50,800 bases of DNA from Vicugna vicugna (taxonomy: Eukaryota). The stretch spans positions 268,006-318,805 of the forward strand of contig MU057981.1 of the NCBI GenBank assembly GCA_013265495.1. Reading direction: 5' to 3'. A model generated the notes under the pieces. The model did no database searches. It was not told the origin of the DNA and was given only the letters and a program-made list of their open reading frames with translations. Numbering within the stretch: the stretch's first letter is position 1; each line of letters starts with the position of its first letter. A program made the position numbers and the translations under genes. Positions 40,001 through 50,800 of the stretch are shown piece by piece.

Positions 40001-41289
40001 ACTGGACATATATATTTATGTAATGGAGTTCCAAATGAAAAGAAACTTTGTGTTCCCAACAAGCTAGGTGAAGGAAGGCTTTCACAGACATTTATATCTC
40101 AGAAGTGAGCACGTGCAGAGACGTTCATTCATCTAGCACAAAGGGAACGGGTTGCAAGAAAAAGACGTACTCTGGTTTCAGAATGTGTTTCTTAGTGCCG
40201 ATTTAAGGTACCTGCAGTTTTCACTGCAAAACGGTGTTTTAGCTAGTAAGTCCTCATATATATATATGTAGGTGTGTTCCACAATGAAAAGAAACTTTGT
40301 GTTCCCAACGAACTAGGTGATGGACGGCTTTCACACAAACTAATCTCTCAGAACTAAGCATGTGGGGAGACGTTCGTTCATCTAGCACATTGGGAACGTG
40401 TTGGAGGAGAAACTCTTACTCCAGTTTTTCAGTGTGTTTCCTAGTGCTGGTTAGAAGATCCTGCAGTTTTCACTGAAAAATGGTGTTTTAGCTAGTAACT
40501 CCTCATATATAGTATTTAGGGGAGTTTTCATTTGAAAGAAACTTTGAGTTCCCAGCAAGGTTGGTGAAATTTGGCTTTAACTCACACTTATCACTCAGAA
40601 CCAAGCATGTGGAGAGACTTTCATTCATCTAGCAGAAGGAGAACGGATTGCAGGAGAAACACTTAGTCTGGTTTCTTAGTCTGTTTCCTAGTTCCGGTTT
40701 GAAATTCCTGCAATTTTCACTGTAAAAACGAGTTTGAGCTAGTAAGTCCATATATATTTGTGTGTAGTGTACTTTCCAACTGAAAAGAATCTTTGTGTCC
40801 CCAGCAACCTAGTTGAAGGATGGCTTTCACACACACTTATCTCTCAGAACTGAGCATGTGGAGAGACGTTCGTTCATCTAGCACAAATGGAACGGGTTGC
40901 AGGGCAAACACTTATTCTGGTTTCTCATTCTGTTTACTAGTGCCGGTTTGAAGTTCCCGCAGTTTTCACTGTAAAACGGACTTGGAGCTAGTATATCCAC
41001 AGATGTATGTATTAGTGGAGTTTCCAACAGAAAGGAATCTTTGTGTTCCCAAAAAGCTAGGTGAAGGACGGTTTCACACACACTTATCTCACAGAACCGA
41101 GCATGAAGAGATACTTTCATTCATCTATCACAAAGGGTACGGGTGTCATGAGAAGCTCTTACTTTGGTTTCTCAGTGTGTTTCTTATGGCCGGTATGAAG
41201 TTCCTGCAGTTTTCAATGTAAAATCTTATTTGAGCTAGTAACTGCGCATATATTTGTACGTAATAATGTTTCCCATGGAGAAGAATCTT
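31054..41289 (+). repeat. ~249-bp tandem satellite, about 41 diverged monomers (probably pericentromeric)
   Basis: Anchor GAGCATGTGG or a variant recurs at 33651, 33895, 34144, 34392, 34640, 34888, 35136, 35385, 35632 and 35880 (period 244-249). Consensus GAGCATGTGGAGAGACGTTCGTTCATCTAGCACAAAGGGAACGGGTTGCAGGAGAAACACTTACTCTGGTTTCTCAG...TTCCCAACAAGCTAGGTGAAGGACGGCTTTCACACACACTTATCTCTCAGAACT carries one CCGG and one CTGCAG. Pericentromeric location is inferred. Confidence 0.97.
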
Positions 41290-42560
41290 GGAGAGGAGAG
41301 ACAAGATGGCGGAGTAGAAGGACGTTTGTAAGTCACCCTCTCCCACAAATACACCAAGATCCACATCTACAGACTCACTCAGCCAACGAGAGCACCTGCG
41401 GAACTCCGAAAGAACATTGCCCTCTTCAAAAGATAAAGACGCCAAAAATCTGGTAGGAGAAAAGGAAAGAGGAAATAACAAAAGCTAAAGCAGCGCGGGA
41501 GGGTTCCTGTGGGGAGGGAGCGTCAAAAGAGGACTGGCCCTTGCTCGCTGGGTCTCCCCTCTCCAACTGAGAGGCCAGCGGGTTTGGGGGGGAGCCTCCG
41601 AGGCTCGGATCTGTACAGAGCAGCCTTTGTGTGACAGAACAAAGTTAAACGGGCAGAGAGCGTCCCCCCGACCCCCAGCCTGAGATGCGGGCCGGCAGCG
41701 GCCGGCAGGGCCAGGCTGCACAAGCCGGGCGGAGGATGGTGGCTGCTGCACGGAGGCAGCCCCGGGGGACTGCAAGGGGCTGGGCGCCATGGCTGTGGGT
41801 GTACAGGACAGAACAACCTGGGCCCTCCATAAAACAGCAAGGTTGATGTGATCTCGGGAGAAGGGTGCTTACCCCCATCTCTGAAAACCCTCGGAAACTT
41901 TTCAAAGGAAGAGAGGCGGGGCCCAGACACAGCTGCCATATTCTCTAGCACTTAGCACCCAGGCGGGGGCAGAGGCGAAACCTGTGTCCGCACCGAAGGG
42001 CTTAGCAGCCTCAAGGGCCAGGCTGAAACGGGCCTACATCCCGGGGCAGATAGGATCCTTCCATCCTGGTCCCTCAGAGAACTTGCTCCACAAAGACAAA
42101 CAAGGAGCTGGGTCTTACTCGGAGCAGGGACCAGGCTGCCCCTCTGTCTTCCCCGAGCCCAACCGCGGAGCGCGACAAGGGCTGAGCGCCGACCAGGGTG
42201 GAGCGCGGCCAGGGTGGAGCGTGCAGCCGCACAGAGCAGTGGAGCTACAGGCGTCGCAGGCAGAGGGAGAGCAGCTACACGCCTGTCAGGCAGGAACACA
42301 GCCTCTGACCGAGGTGCTGGGAGGGGGCACGTCCCGCCCTCCTGACTGGCCAGTCTGAAACATCTGACTGCGGCATCCGGAGGGGCAGTGACCCACCCGC
42401 CCGCAGCAGAGGAGAACTGCACCTGACCCCGTGTTAGGAGGAGGCGCGATCTGCTTGCTGACAGGTGCTGGGAGCAGCACAGAAGAGGGCGCCAACGGAG
42501 GGCCTATGAAAAGAAGCTGAGCTTCCAAAATAGGACGAAGACAGAAGGACTTCACATTAA
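41290..42560 (+). promoter_or_regulatory. L1 internal Pol II promoter: YY1-type site and CpG-rich 5' UTR
   Basis: AAGATGGCGG at 41303-41312 is the YY1-type motif found at mammalian L1 5' ends. GC- and CpG-rich tract ~41490-42500, followed by T-rich tracts 42595-42965. Confidence 0.75.
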
Positions 42561-43058
42561 AAGCACACAGACTCCAGGAGAACACTGACAACCCTTTTTT
42601 TGTTTGTTTGTTTTTTGTATTTTTTTGTTTTTTTGTTTTGTTTTTAAATCTATTTTTACCTGTTCTATTTTCACTTACTCTCTTAATTTTTACTTGTTAA
42701 TTCATTACTATTTCTCTTGAGTTTTGATGTCCTGTTATTGATTAGACACAGGCTTCAAATTCATCTATTCATCTCCCCACCCCCTTTTTTCTTTTTCTTT
42801 TTTTTTAAAGGTTTTAAAAGGATGTCTCAACCCGACTAATACTCTGCTTCAACTCATTCTTTATTATTCATTATACATTGTTATCAAACCCTCTTTCTCC
42901 CTTCTTTTAAAAATCTTTCTCTCTCTCATTTTTTTCTCTTTTTTTTCTTTTTTTTTTTTTTTCCCTAAGTTCTATTCCTAAATAGGCATTAGATAGATAA
43001 AATCCTTAAGATCCAAAATAGACAACTGATACTCCATAAACCACAGTGCCAGAGAGGT

Positions 43059-43961
43059 ATGAGCAAGATGAAGAACCAGAGAAACCTTTCCCAATTAAAA
43101 GAACAAGAGGAATCCCCTGAAAGAAAGATCAATGAAACAGACATCGATAGCCTACTAGATCAAGATTTCAAAAAAGGAGTGATCAAATTGCTGAAGGAAT
43201 TAAAAGAGATAGTGCTTAGAGAGATAAAATATGTCAAAAATGAAATTGAAGCTATAAAGAAGAGCCAAGCAGAATGGGTAAACTCATTGACAGAGATGAG
43301 GAATGATCTAATAGCTGTGCAAAGCCGACTAGTTAATGCAGAGGAACGAATTAGTGATCTAGAAGACAGGGCAACAGAAAGCACCCATTCAGAAGAACTA
43401 CAAGATAAGCAAATAAAAAATAATGATAATAGCATAAGGGACCTATGGGATAATATAAAGCGTCCCAATCTTCGCATAATAGGGGTCCCAGAAGGGGAAG
43501 AAGGATCAAAGGGGATTGAAAAGGTTTTTGAAGAAATCATGACTGAAAACTTCCCAAACTTAAAGAAGGAATCAGATATCCAAGTACAGGAAGCTCAGAG
43601 GGTCCCAAACAGGAAGAATCCAAATAGACCCACACCAAGACATATCATAATCAAGATGGCCAGAGTCAAGGATAAAGAAATGATTCTAAAGGCAGCAAGA
43701 GAAAAGCAAAGAGTGAATTACAAGGGAACCCCCATAAGGCTCTCAACTGATTTCTCTACACAAACACTACAGGCCAGAAGGGAGTGGCAAGATATATTCA
43801 AAGCCCTGAATGAAAAAAAGATGCAGCCTAGGATACTTTATCCAGCAAGGCTATCCTTTAGGATAGAAGGAGAAATAAAGAGTTTCACAGACAAAAAAAA
43901 GCTGCAGGAGTTTAGCAACACTAAACCCATGCTAAAAGAAATATTGAAAGGGCTATTCTAA
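43059..43961 (+). CDS. LINE-1 ORF1p (coiled coil, RRM, CTD), intact 300 aa
   Basis: ATG-to-TAA open frame with ORF1p motifs AEERISDLEDR, LWDNIKRPNLRIIGVPEGEE, PRHIIIK, AREK, ARREW and YPARLSF. Confidence 0.95.
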   Translation: MSKMKNQRNLSQLKEQEESPERKINETDIDSLLDQDFKKGVIKLLKELKEIVLREIKYVKNEIEAIKKSQAEWVNSLTEMRNDLIAVQSRLVNAEERISDLEDRATESTHSEELQDKQIKNNDNSIRDLWDNIKRPNLRIIGVPEGEEGSKGIEKVFEEIMTENFPNLKKESDIQVQEAQRVPNRKNPNRPTPRHIIIKMARVKDKEMILKAAREKQRVNYKGTPIRLSTDFSTQTLQARREWQDIFKALNEKKMQPRILYPARLSFRIEGEIKSFTDKKKLQEFSNTKPMLKEILKGLF

Positions 43962-44358
43962 ATAGAAAAGCAACAGGATGCTACAGAAATGAGAAACTCA
44001 CAACTAGAAAGGTGATAACTCATGAATTACAAATAAAAAAACACAAAATTATAAAAGAAGACATACAAATCACTGAGAGTGGGAGAGGGAGGAAGGGAAA
44101 TATAGAATTTATTTTCTTTCTTTTTTAAATTTTTTTCAACAGTAGGATGGGTTTGAGATCATGTTATTAACAGTTTAATAAAAACAGGTATAGGTTAATT
44201 GATTTACAAAAAAGGGTAACCTCAAGTCAAAAATTTACAAGGGAGTCCCAAAAATTTAATAAAATCCATGATAATACAAAGGAAAATAACCAAACCACAA
44301 AAGAAAGAAGAAAGGAACAAAGAGGATATACCAATTCAACTGCAAAGATAAGTTCAAA

Positions 44359-47300
44359 ATGGCAATAAACACACATCTATCATTAATTACTGTAAATGTT
44401 AATGGACTAAATGCTCCAGTCAAAAGACATAGAGTGGCAGACTGGATAATAAAGCAAGAACCTTCAATATGCTGCATACAAGAGACCCACTTTAGGGAGA
44501 AGGACACATATAGATTGAGAGTGAAAGGATGGAAAAGGATATTCCATGCAAATGGAAAAGCCAAAAAAGCAGGTGTTGCAGTACTGATTTCAGACAAAAT
44601 AGACTTTAAAACAAAGGCCATAAAGAAAGATAAAGAGGGACATTTTATAATGATTAAAGGAGTGATACAAGATGAAGTCATTACACTCGTTAATATATAT
44701 GCACTGAATATAGCAGCATCTAAGTACATACAAGAATTACTAACAGAAATATAGGGCGATATTGATGGGAATACAATCATAGTTGGAGATTTTAACACTG
44801 CATTAACATCACTAGACAGATCTTCCAGACAGAAAATAAACAAGGCAACAGAGAAATTAAATACTACAACAGAAAAACTAGATTTGGTGGATATTTTCAG
44901 AGCATTACACCCCCCAAAAATAGAATATACATTCTTTTCAAGTGCACATGGAATATTTTCCAGGATCGATCATGTACTTGGACACAAAAGAAACCTCAAC
45001 AAATTAAAGAAGATAGAAATTATGTCAAGCATATTTACTGACCACAATGCCATGAAACTGGAAATCAACAATAGAGATACAAAGGAGAAAAAAAGAAAAG
45101 CATGGAGATTAAACAATATGTTATTGAGAAAACAATGGATCAATGAGGAAATCAAAGCTGAAATTAAAAAATACCTTGAGACAAATGATAATGAAAGCAC
45201 AACCACTCAAAACCTATGGGACACAGCAAAGGCAGTGCTAAGAGGGAAGTTTATAGCGATACAGGCCTTCCTCAAAAAGGAAGAACAATCTCAAATAAAC
45301 AAGTTAACCCACCACCTGAATCAATTAGAAAAAGAAGAACAAAAAGCCCCAAAAAGCAGCAGAAGGAAGGAAATAATAAAGATAAGAGAGGAATTAAATA
45401 CAATAGAGATTAACAAGACCATGTAAAAAATCAACCAATTCAAAAGCTGGTTTTTTGAAAAAGTAAATAAAATTGACAAACCTCTGGCCAAACTCACAAA
45501 GAAGAAAAAAGAGAGAGCACAAATTAGCAAAATAAGAAAGGAAAATGGAGAAATTACAACAAACAAAATAGAAATACAGAATATCATATGAGAATATTAT
45601 GAAAAACTATATGGAACCAAACTGGATAACCTAGAGGAGATGGACAAGTTTCTGGAAACATACTGTCCACAAAAACTGAATCAAGAAGAAACTGAACACT
45701 TGAACAATCTGATCACTAGAAAGGAAAAAGAAATAACAATTAAAAACCTCCCTACAAATAAATGTCCAGGACTGGATGGCTTCACCAGGGAATTCTACCA
45801 AACATACAAAGAAGAATTCATACCAGTCCTTCTCAAACTATTCCAGATGATTGAAAAGGAGGGAATACTCCCAAACTCATTCTATGAAGCCACCATCACC
45901 CTGATACCAAAACCAGGCAAAGACACTACAAAAAAAGAGAATTATAGGCCAATATCACTGATGAACATAGATGCCAAAATCCTCACCAAAATTTTAGCAA
46001 ATAGAATCCAACAACACATAAAAAAGATTATACATCATGACCAAGTGGGGTTCATCCCAGGGACACAAGGCTGTTTCAACATATGCAAATCAATCAATGT
46101 AATACATCACATCAACAAGAGAAAGGACATAAACGACATGATCATCTCAATCGATGCAGAAATAGCTTTTCATAAATTTCAACACCCAATTATGATAAAA
46201 ACTCTCGCCAAAGTGGGTATAGAGGGAACATATCTCAACATAATAAAAGCTATATATGACAAACCAAGAGTCAGCATAGTTCTCAACAGTGAAAAACTCA
46301 AAAGTTTCCCACTAAAATGTGGGACAATACAAGGATACCCACTATCACCACTCCTATTCAACATAGTCCTGGAAGTCCTAACCATAGCAATCAGGCAAGA
46401 GAAAGAAATAAAAGGGATCCAAATTGGAAAAGAAGAGGTAAAAGTGTCATTATATGCTGATGACATGNNNNNNNNNNNNNNNNNNNNNNNNNNNNNNNNN
46501 NNNNNNNNNNNNNNNNNNNNNNNNNNNNNNNNNNNNNNNNNNNNNNNNNNNNNNNNNNNNNNNNNNNNNNNNNNNNNNNNNNNNNNNNNNNNNNNNNNNN
46601 NNNNNNNNNNNNNNNNNNNNNNNNNNNNNNNNNNNNNNNNNNNNNNNNNNNNNNNNNNNNNNNNNNNNNNNNNNNNNNNNNNNNNNNNNNNNNNNNNNNN
46701 NACAGAAAACTATAAACCATTGATGAAGGAAATTAAAGAAGACTTTAAAAAATGGAAAGATATTCCATGCTCTTGGATTGGAAGAATCAATATTATTAAA
46801 ATGGTAACACTGCCCAAGGCAATCTACAGATTTAATGCAATCCCTATCCAATTACCTAGGACATATTTCACAGAACTATAACAAATCATAATGAAATTTA
46901 TATGGAACCATCTAAGACTTAGAATTGTTAAAGCATTACTGAAGAGAAAGAAAGAGGCTGGAAGAATAAATCTCCCAGACTTCAGACAATACTATAGAGC
47001 TACATTCATCAAGGCAGCATGGTATTGGTACCAAAACAGACATATGGACCAATGGAATAGGATAGAGAGCCCAGAAATGAACCCACAAACCTTTGGTCAA
47101 CTCATCTTCGACCAAGGGGGCAAGAATATACAATGGAATAAAGACAGTCTCTTCAGCAAATGGTGTTGGGAAAGCTGGAGAGCAGCATTTAAAACAATGA
47201 AGCTAGAACACACCCTGACACTATATACAAAAATACAAAAATCAACTCAAAATGAGTTAAAGACTTAAACATAAGACAAGATACAATAAACCTCCTAGAG

Positions 47301-48168
47301 GAAAACATAGGCAAAACATTATCTGACATACATTTCAAAAATTTTCTCCTAGAAGAAATAAAAGCAAGAATAAACAAATGGGACCTAATGAAACTTACAA
47401 GCTTCTGCACAGCAAAGGAAACCAGAAATAAAACAAGAAGAAAACCTACGGAATGGGAGAAAATTTTTGCAAGTGAAACCGACAAAGGCTTGATCTCCAA
47501 AATATTTAAACAGCTCATATGACTCAATAAGAGAAAAAATAAACAACCCAATCCAAAAATGGGCAGAAGACCTAAACAAGCAATTCTCCAAGGAAGACAT
47601 ACAAATGATCAAAAAGCACATGAAAAAATGTTCAATATCACTAATTATCAGAGAAATGCAAATCAAAACTACAATGAGGTATCACCTCACACCAGTCAGA
47701 ATGGCCGTCATTCAAAAATCCAAAAATGACAAATGCTGGAGAGGCTGTGGAGAAAGGGGAACCCTCCTACACTGCTGGTGGGAATGCAGTTTGGTGCAGC
47801 CACTATGGAAAACAGTGTGGAAATTCCTCAAACGACAAGGAATAGACTTACCATATGACTCAGGCATCCCACTCCTGGGCTTGTACCCAGAAGGAAACCT
47901 ACTTCAGGATGACACCTGCACTCCAATGTTCATAGCAGTACTATTTACAATAGCCAAAACATGGAAACAGCCTAAATGTCCATCAACAGATGACTGGATA
48001 AAGAAGATGTGGTATATTTATACAATGGAATACTACTCAGCCATAAAAACCGACAACATAATGCCATTTGCAGCAACATGGATGCTCCTAGAGAATGTCA
48101 TTCTAAGTGAAGTAAGTCAGAAAGAGAAAGAAAAATACCATATGATATCGCTCATATGTGGAATCTAA
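44359..48168 (+). pseudogene. LINE-1 ORF2p (APE endonuclease, reverse transcriptase, Cys-rich C-terminus), disabled
   Basis: Motifs [60 protein letters not shown] and HCWWEC. In-frame stops at 44752, 45424, 45589 and 46879, and a frameshift from an 8-bp duplication (TACAAAAA twice) near 47230. Confidence 0.95.
46468..46701. other. Assembly gap (234 N) inside the L1 RT domain
   Basis: Run of N between ...YADDM and TENYK. The size is close to the ~77 codons I recall between these motifs in mammalian ORF2p. Confidence 0.99.
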
Positions 48169-48645
48169 AGACAGATGGACAGAGAATACAGACTTGTGGT
48201 TACCAGGAGGGTAGAGGGTGGGAAGGGATAGACTGGGATTTCAAAACTGAAGAATACATAAACAAGATTAAGCTGTATAGCACAGGGAAATATACACAAA
48301 ATGTTACGATAAATCACAGGGAAAAAATGTGACAATCAGTGTGTATATGTCCATGAATGACTGAAAAATTGTGCTGAACACTCGAATTTGACACAACATT
48401 GTAAAATGATTATAAATCAATAAAAAATGTTAAAAAAACATTTGGATAAACTAGAAAGGAAAGGAAATGAGAAAAAGTGATTCTGCTATGTTTGAGTCAA
48501 CAATAAAAAGAAATAAGTGAAAAAAGTTAGATAAAACAAATTTCTTCTGTATAGTACAGTGGGTATATTCAATATCTTGTAATAATACTTAATGAAAAAG
48601 AATTTGAAAATAAATATATATACACACAAAAACAAACAAAAAAAA

Positions 48646-50800
48646 TTATCATTTTGTCCCCAACAAGCTAGGTGAAGAACGGCTTTCACAGACACTTCTA
48701 TTTCACAATTGAGGATGTGTAGAGACTTTCATTCATCTAGCACAAAGGGAACGTGTTGAAGGACAAACAATTTCTCCGGTTTCTCAGTGTGTTTCTAGTG
48801 CTGGTTGAAGTTCCTGCTGTTTCAGTGTAAAATGGTGTTTGATGTAGTAATTTCTCATATATAATATGTAGAGGAGTTTTCAACTGAAAACAAACTTTGT
48901 GTTCCCAAGAATCTAGGTGAAGCAGGGCTTTCACACACACTTATCTCTGAGAACTCAGCATGTAGAGTGATATTAGTTCATCTAGCACAAAGGGAAGAGG
49001 TTGCAGGAGAAACAAATACTCCAGTTTCTCAGGGTGATTCCTAGTGCTGGTATGAAATTCCTTCAATTCTCACTGTAAAATGGAGTTTGAGCGAGTAACT
49101 CCACATATATGTGTATGTAGTGGACAATCCAATTTAAAAGAAATTTAGTGTTCCCAATAAGCTAGGTGATGGATGGCTTTCACACACACTTATCTCTCAG
49201 AACTGAGCATGTGGAGAGATGGTCTTTCATCTAGCACAAAGAGAAAGAGTTCCTGGAGAAACACTTACTCTGGTTTCTCCGTGTGTTTCCTAGTGCCTGT
49301 TATAAATCCCTGCAATTTTGACTCTAAATCCGAGTTTGAGCTAGTAACTCAACATATATATGTATGTAGTGGAATTTCCAACTTAAAAGAAAGTCTGTTT
49401 TCCAACAGCTTTCACACACACATAAGTCTCAGAACAGAGCATATACAGAGACGTTCAATCATCTAACTCAAATGGAACATGTTGCTGGGGAAAAACTTAC
49501 TCTGGTTTCTCAGTGTGTTTCCTAGTGCCATTAAGAATTTCCTGTAGTTTTCACTGTAAAACGGAGTTGTAGCTAGTTAGTAAACATATATATGTATGTA
49601 ATGAAGTTAAAAACTGAAAAGAAACTTTGAGTTTCCAACAAGCTATGCGAAGGACGGCTTTCATACACACTTATCTCTCAGAACCGAGTATGTGGAGAGA
49701 CGTTCGATCATCTAGCAGAAAGGAAAGTTTTGCAGAAGAAACACTTACCCTGCTTTCTCAGTATGTTTCATAGTACCGGGTTAAAGTTCCTGAAATTTTC
49801 ACTGAAACATGGAATTTGAGCTAGCAACTCCACATATATATGTTTGAAGTGAACATTCCAACTGAAAAGAAACTTTGTGTTCTCAAGAAGCTAGGGGAAA
49901 GACGGCTTTCACACACACTTATCTCTCAGAATTGAGCATGTGGAGAGACTTTTGTTCATCTAGCGCAAAGGAAAGGGTTCCAGGATAAACATTTACTCTC
50001 CTTTAAGAATGTGTTTCTTAGTGACGGTTTGAAATACCAGCAGTTTTCACTGTAAAACCGAGTTTGAGCTTGTAACTGCACATATATAACTATGTAATAG
50101 AGTTCCCAAGTGAAAAGAGATTTTGTGTTCACAAGATGCTAGGTGAAGGAGGGCTTTCTCACTCACTTATATCTCAGAATCTAGCATGTGGAGAGAAGTT
50201 CTGTCATCTAGCACAAAGGGAAAGTTTTGCAGGTAAAACACATAATCTGGTTTCTCATTCTGTTTACAAGTTCCTGTTTGATGATCTTGCAGATTTCATT
50301 GTAAAACCGAGTTTCAGCAAGTAATTGCACTTATATATACATGTAATGGAGTTTCCAACTGAAAAGAACCTTTGTCTTCCCAGCATGCGAGGTGAAGGAT
50401 GGCTTTCAAAGACACATATCTGTCAGAACTGAGCATGTGGGGAGACGTTCGTTCATCAAGCACCAATGGAACGGGTTGCAGGAGAAGCACTTCATCTGGG
50501 TTCTCACTGGGTTTCCTAGTGCCGGTTTGAAGTACCTGCACTTATCACTGTAAAACCCGGTTTGAGAAAGTAACTCCACATATATATATATGAAATGGGG
50601 TTTCAAACTTCAAACAAACTTTGTGTTCCCAACAAGCTAGGTGAAGGACGGCTTTCACACACACTAATCTCTCAGAACTGAGCATGTGGTGAGACGATCT
50701 TTCATCTATCACAATAGGAACGGGTTTCAGGTGAAGCACTTACTCTGGTTTGTCAGTGTGTTTCTTAGTGCCGGTTTCAAGTATGTGTATTTTTCCATGT
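48646..50800 (+). repeat. ~249-bp satellite continued, about 8.7 monomers, running off the window end
   Basis: Same monomer and orientation as 31054-41289 (CAACAAGCTAGGTGAAG...GAGCATGTGGAGAGA). Confidence 0.97.

Larger units (their letters stand above)
41290..48645 (+). mobile_element. Full-length LINE-1 inserted in the satellite
   Basis: 5' end GGAGAGGAGAGACAAGATGGCGG, ~1.77-kb 5' UTR, ORF1, ~400-bp inter-ORF spacer, ORF2, 3' UTR with AATAAA at 48419, extra 3' segment and A-tail. The satellite register resumes on the right. Confidence 0.97.

Noticed and set aside
31054..41289. CRISPR-like periodicity
   Set aside because: The whole unit repeats with no unique spacers, the context is mammalian and there are no cas genes.
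43160..47666. Hydrophobic minus-strand ORFs opposite L1 ORF1 and ORF2
   Set aside because: Shadow frames of the A-rich L1 coding strand.
49400..49415. Small deletions in monomers (about 16 bp here, about 11 bp near 31188)
   Set aside because: Routine decay of diverged monomers, with no further structure.
28341..50800. Recurrent similar short ORFs in the satellite (e.g. MSVKAFLHLACWEHK..., ...CNPFPLC)
   Set aside because: They are translations of a 249-bp (divisible by 3) tandem monomer. Most copies have stops or frameshifts, so they are not a gene family.

Overview
Mammalian genomic DNA, very probably camelid (tRNA-derived SINEs of the Vic-1 type, cetartiodactyl-type L1s). No prokaryotic features or CRISPR arrays are present. 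The window reads as a junction between arm-like sequence and a satellite array. Bases 1-28340 are repeat-rich non-coding DNA (solo ERV1 LTRs, L1/L2/MIR fragments, MER2, MER58, Charlie, MLT1). They carry one recognisable exon, a diverged but still open copy of a TRAPPC9 exon (11793-12006) whose next exon is not found, consistent with a truncated segmental duplicate. From 28341 to the end lies a ~249-bp tandem satellite. It is layered into sequence subfamilies, switches strand at ~31052 and contains a degenerate 10-monomer (2490-bp) higher-order repeat. A full-length L1 (41290-48645) interrupts it, with an intact 300-aa ORF1, a disabled ORF2, a 234-N gap and an apparent ~190-bp 3' transduction. 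I see no wholly new biological system; the most interesting signals are the satellite architecture, the TRAPPC9 duplicon and the L1 transduction. Repeat family names come from recalled consensus motifs, not from a search.
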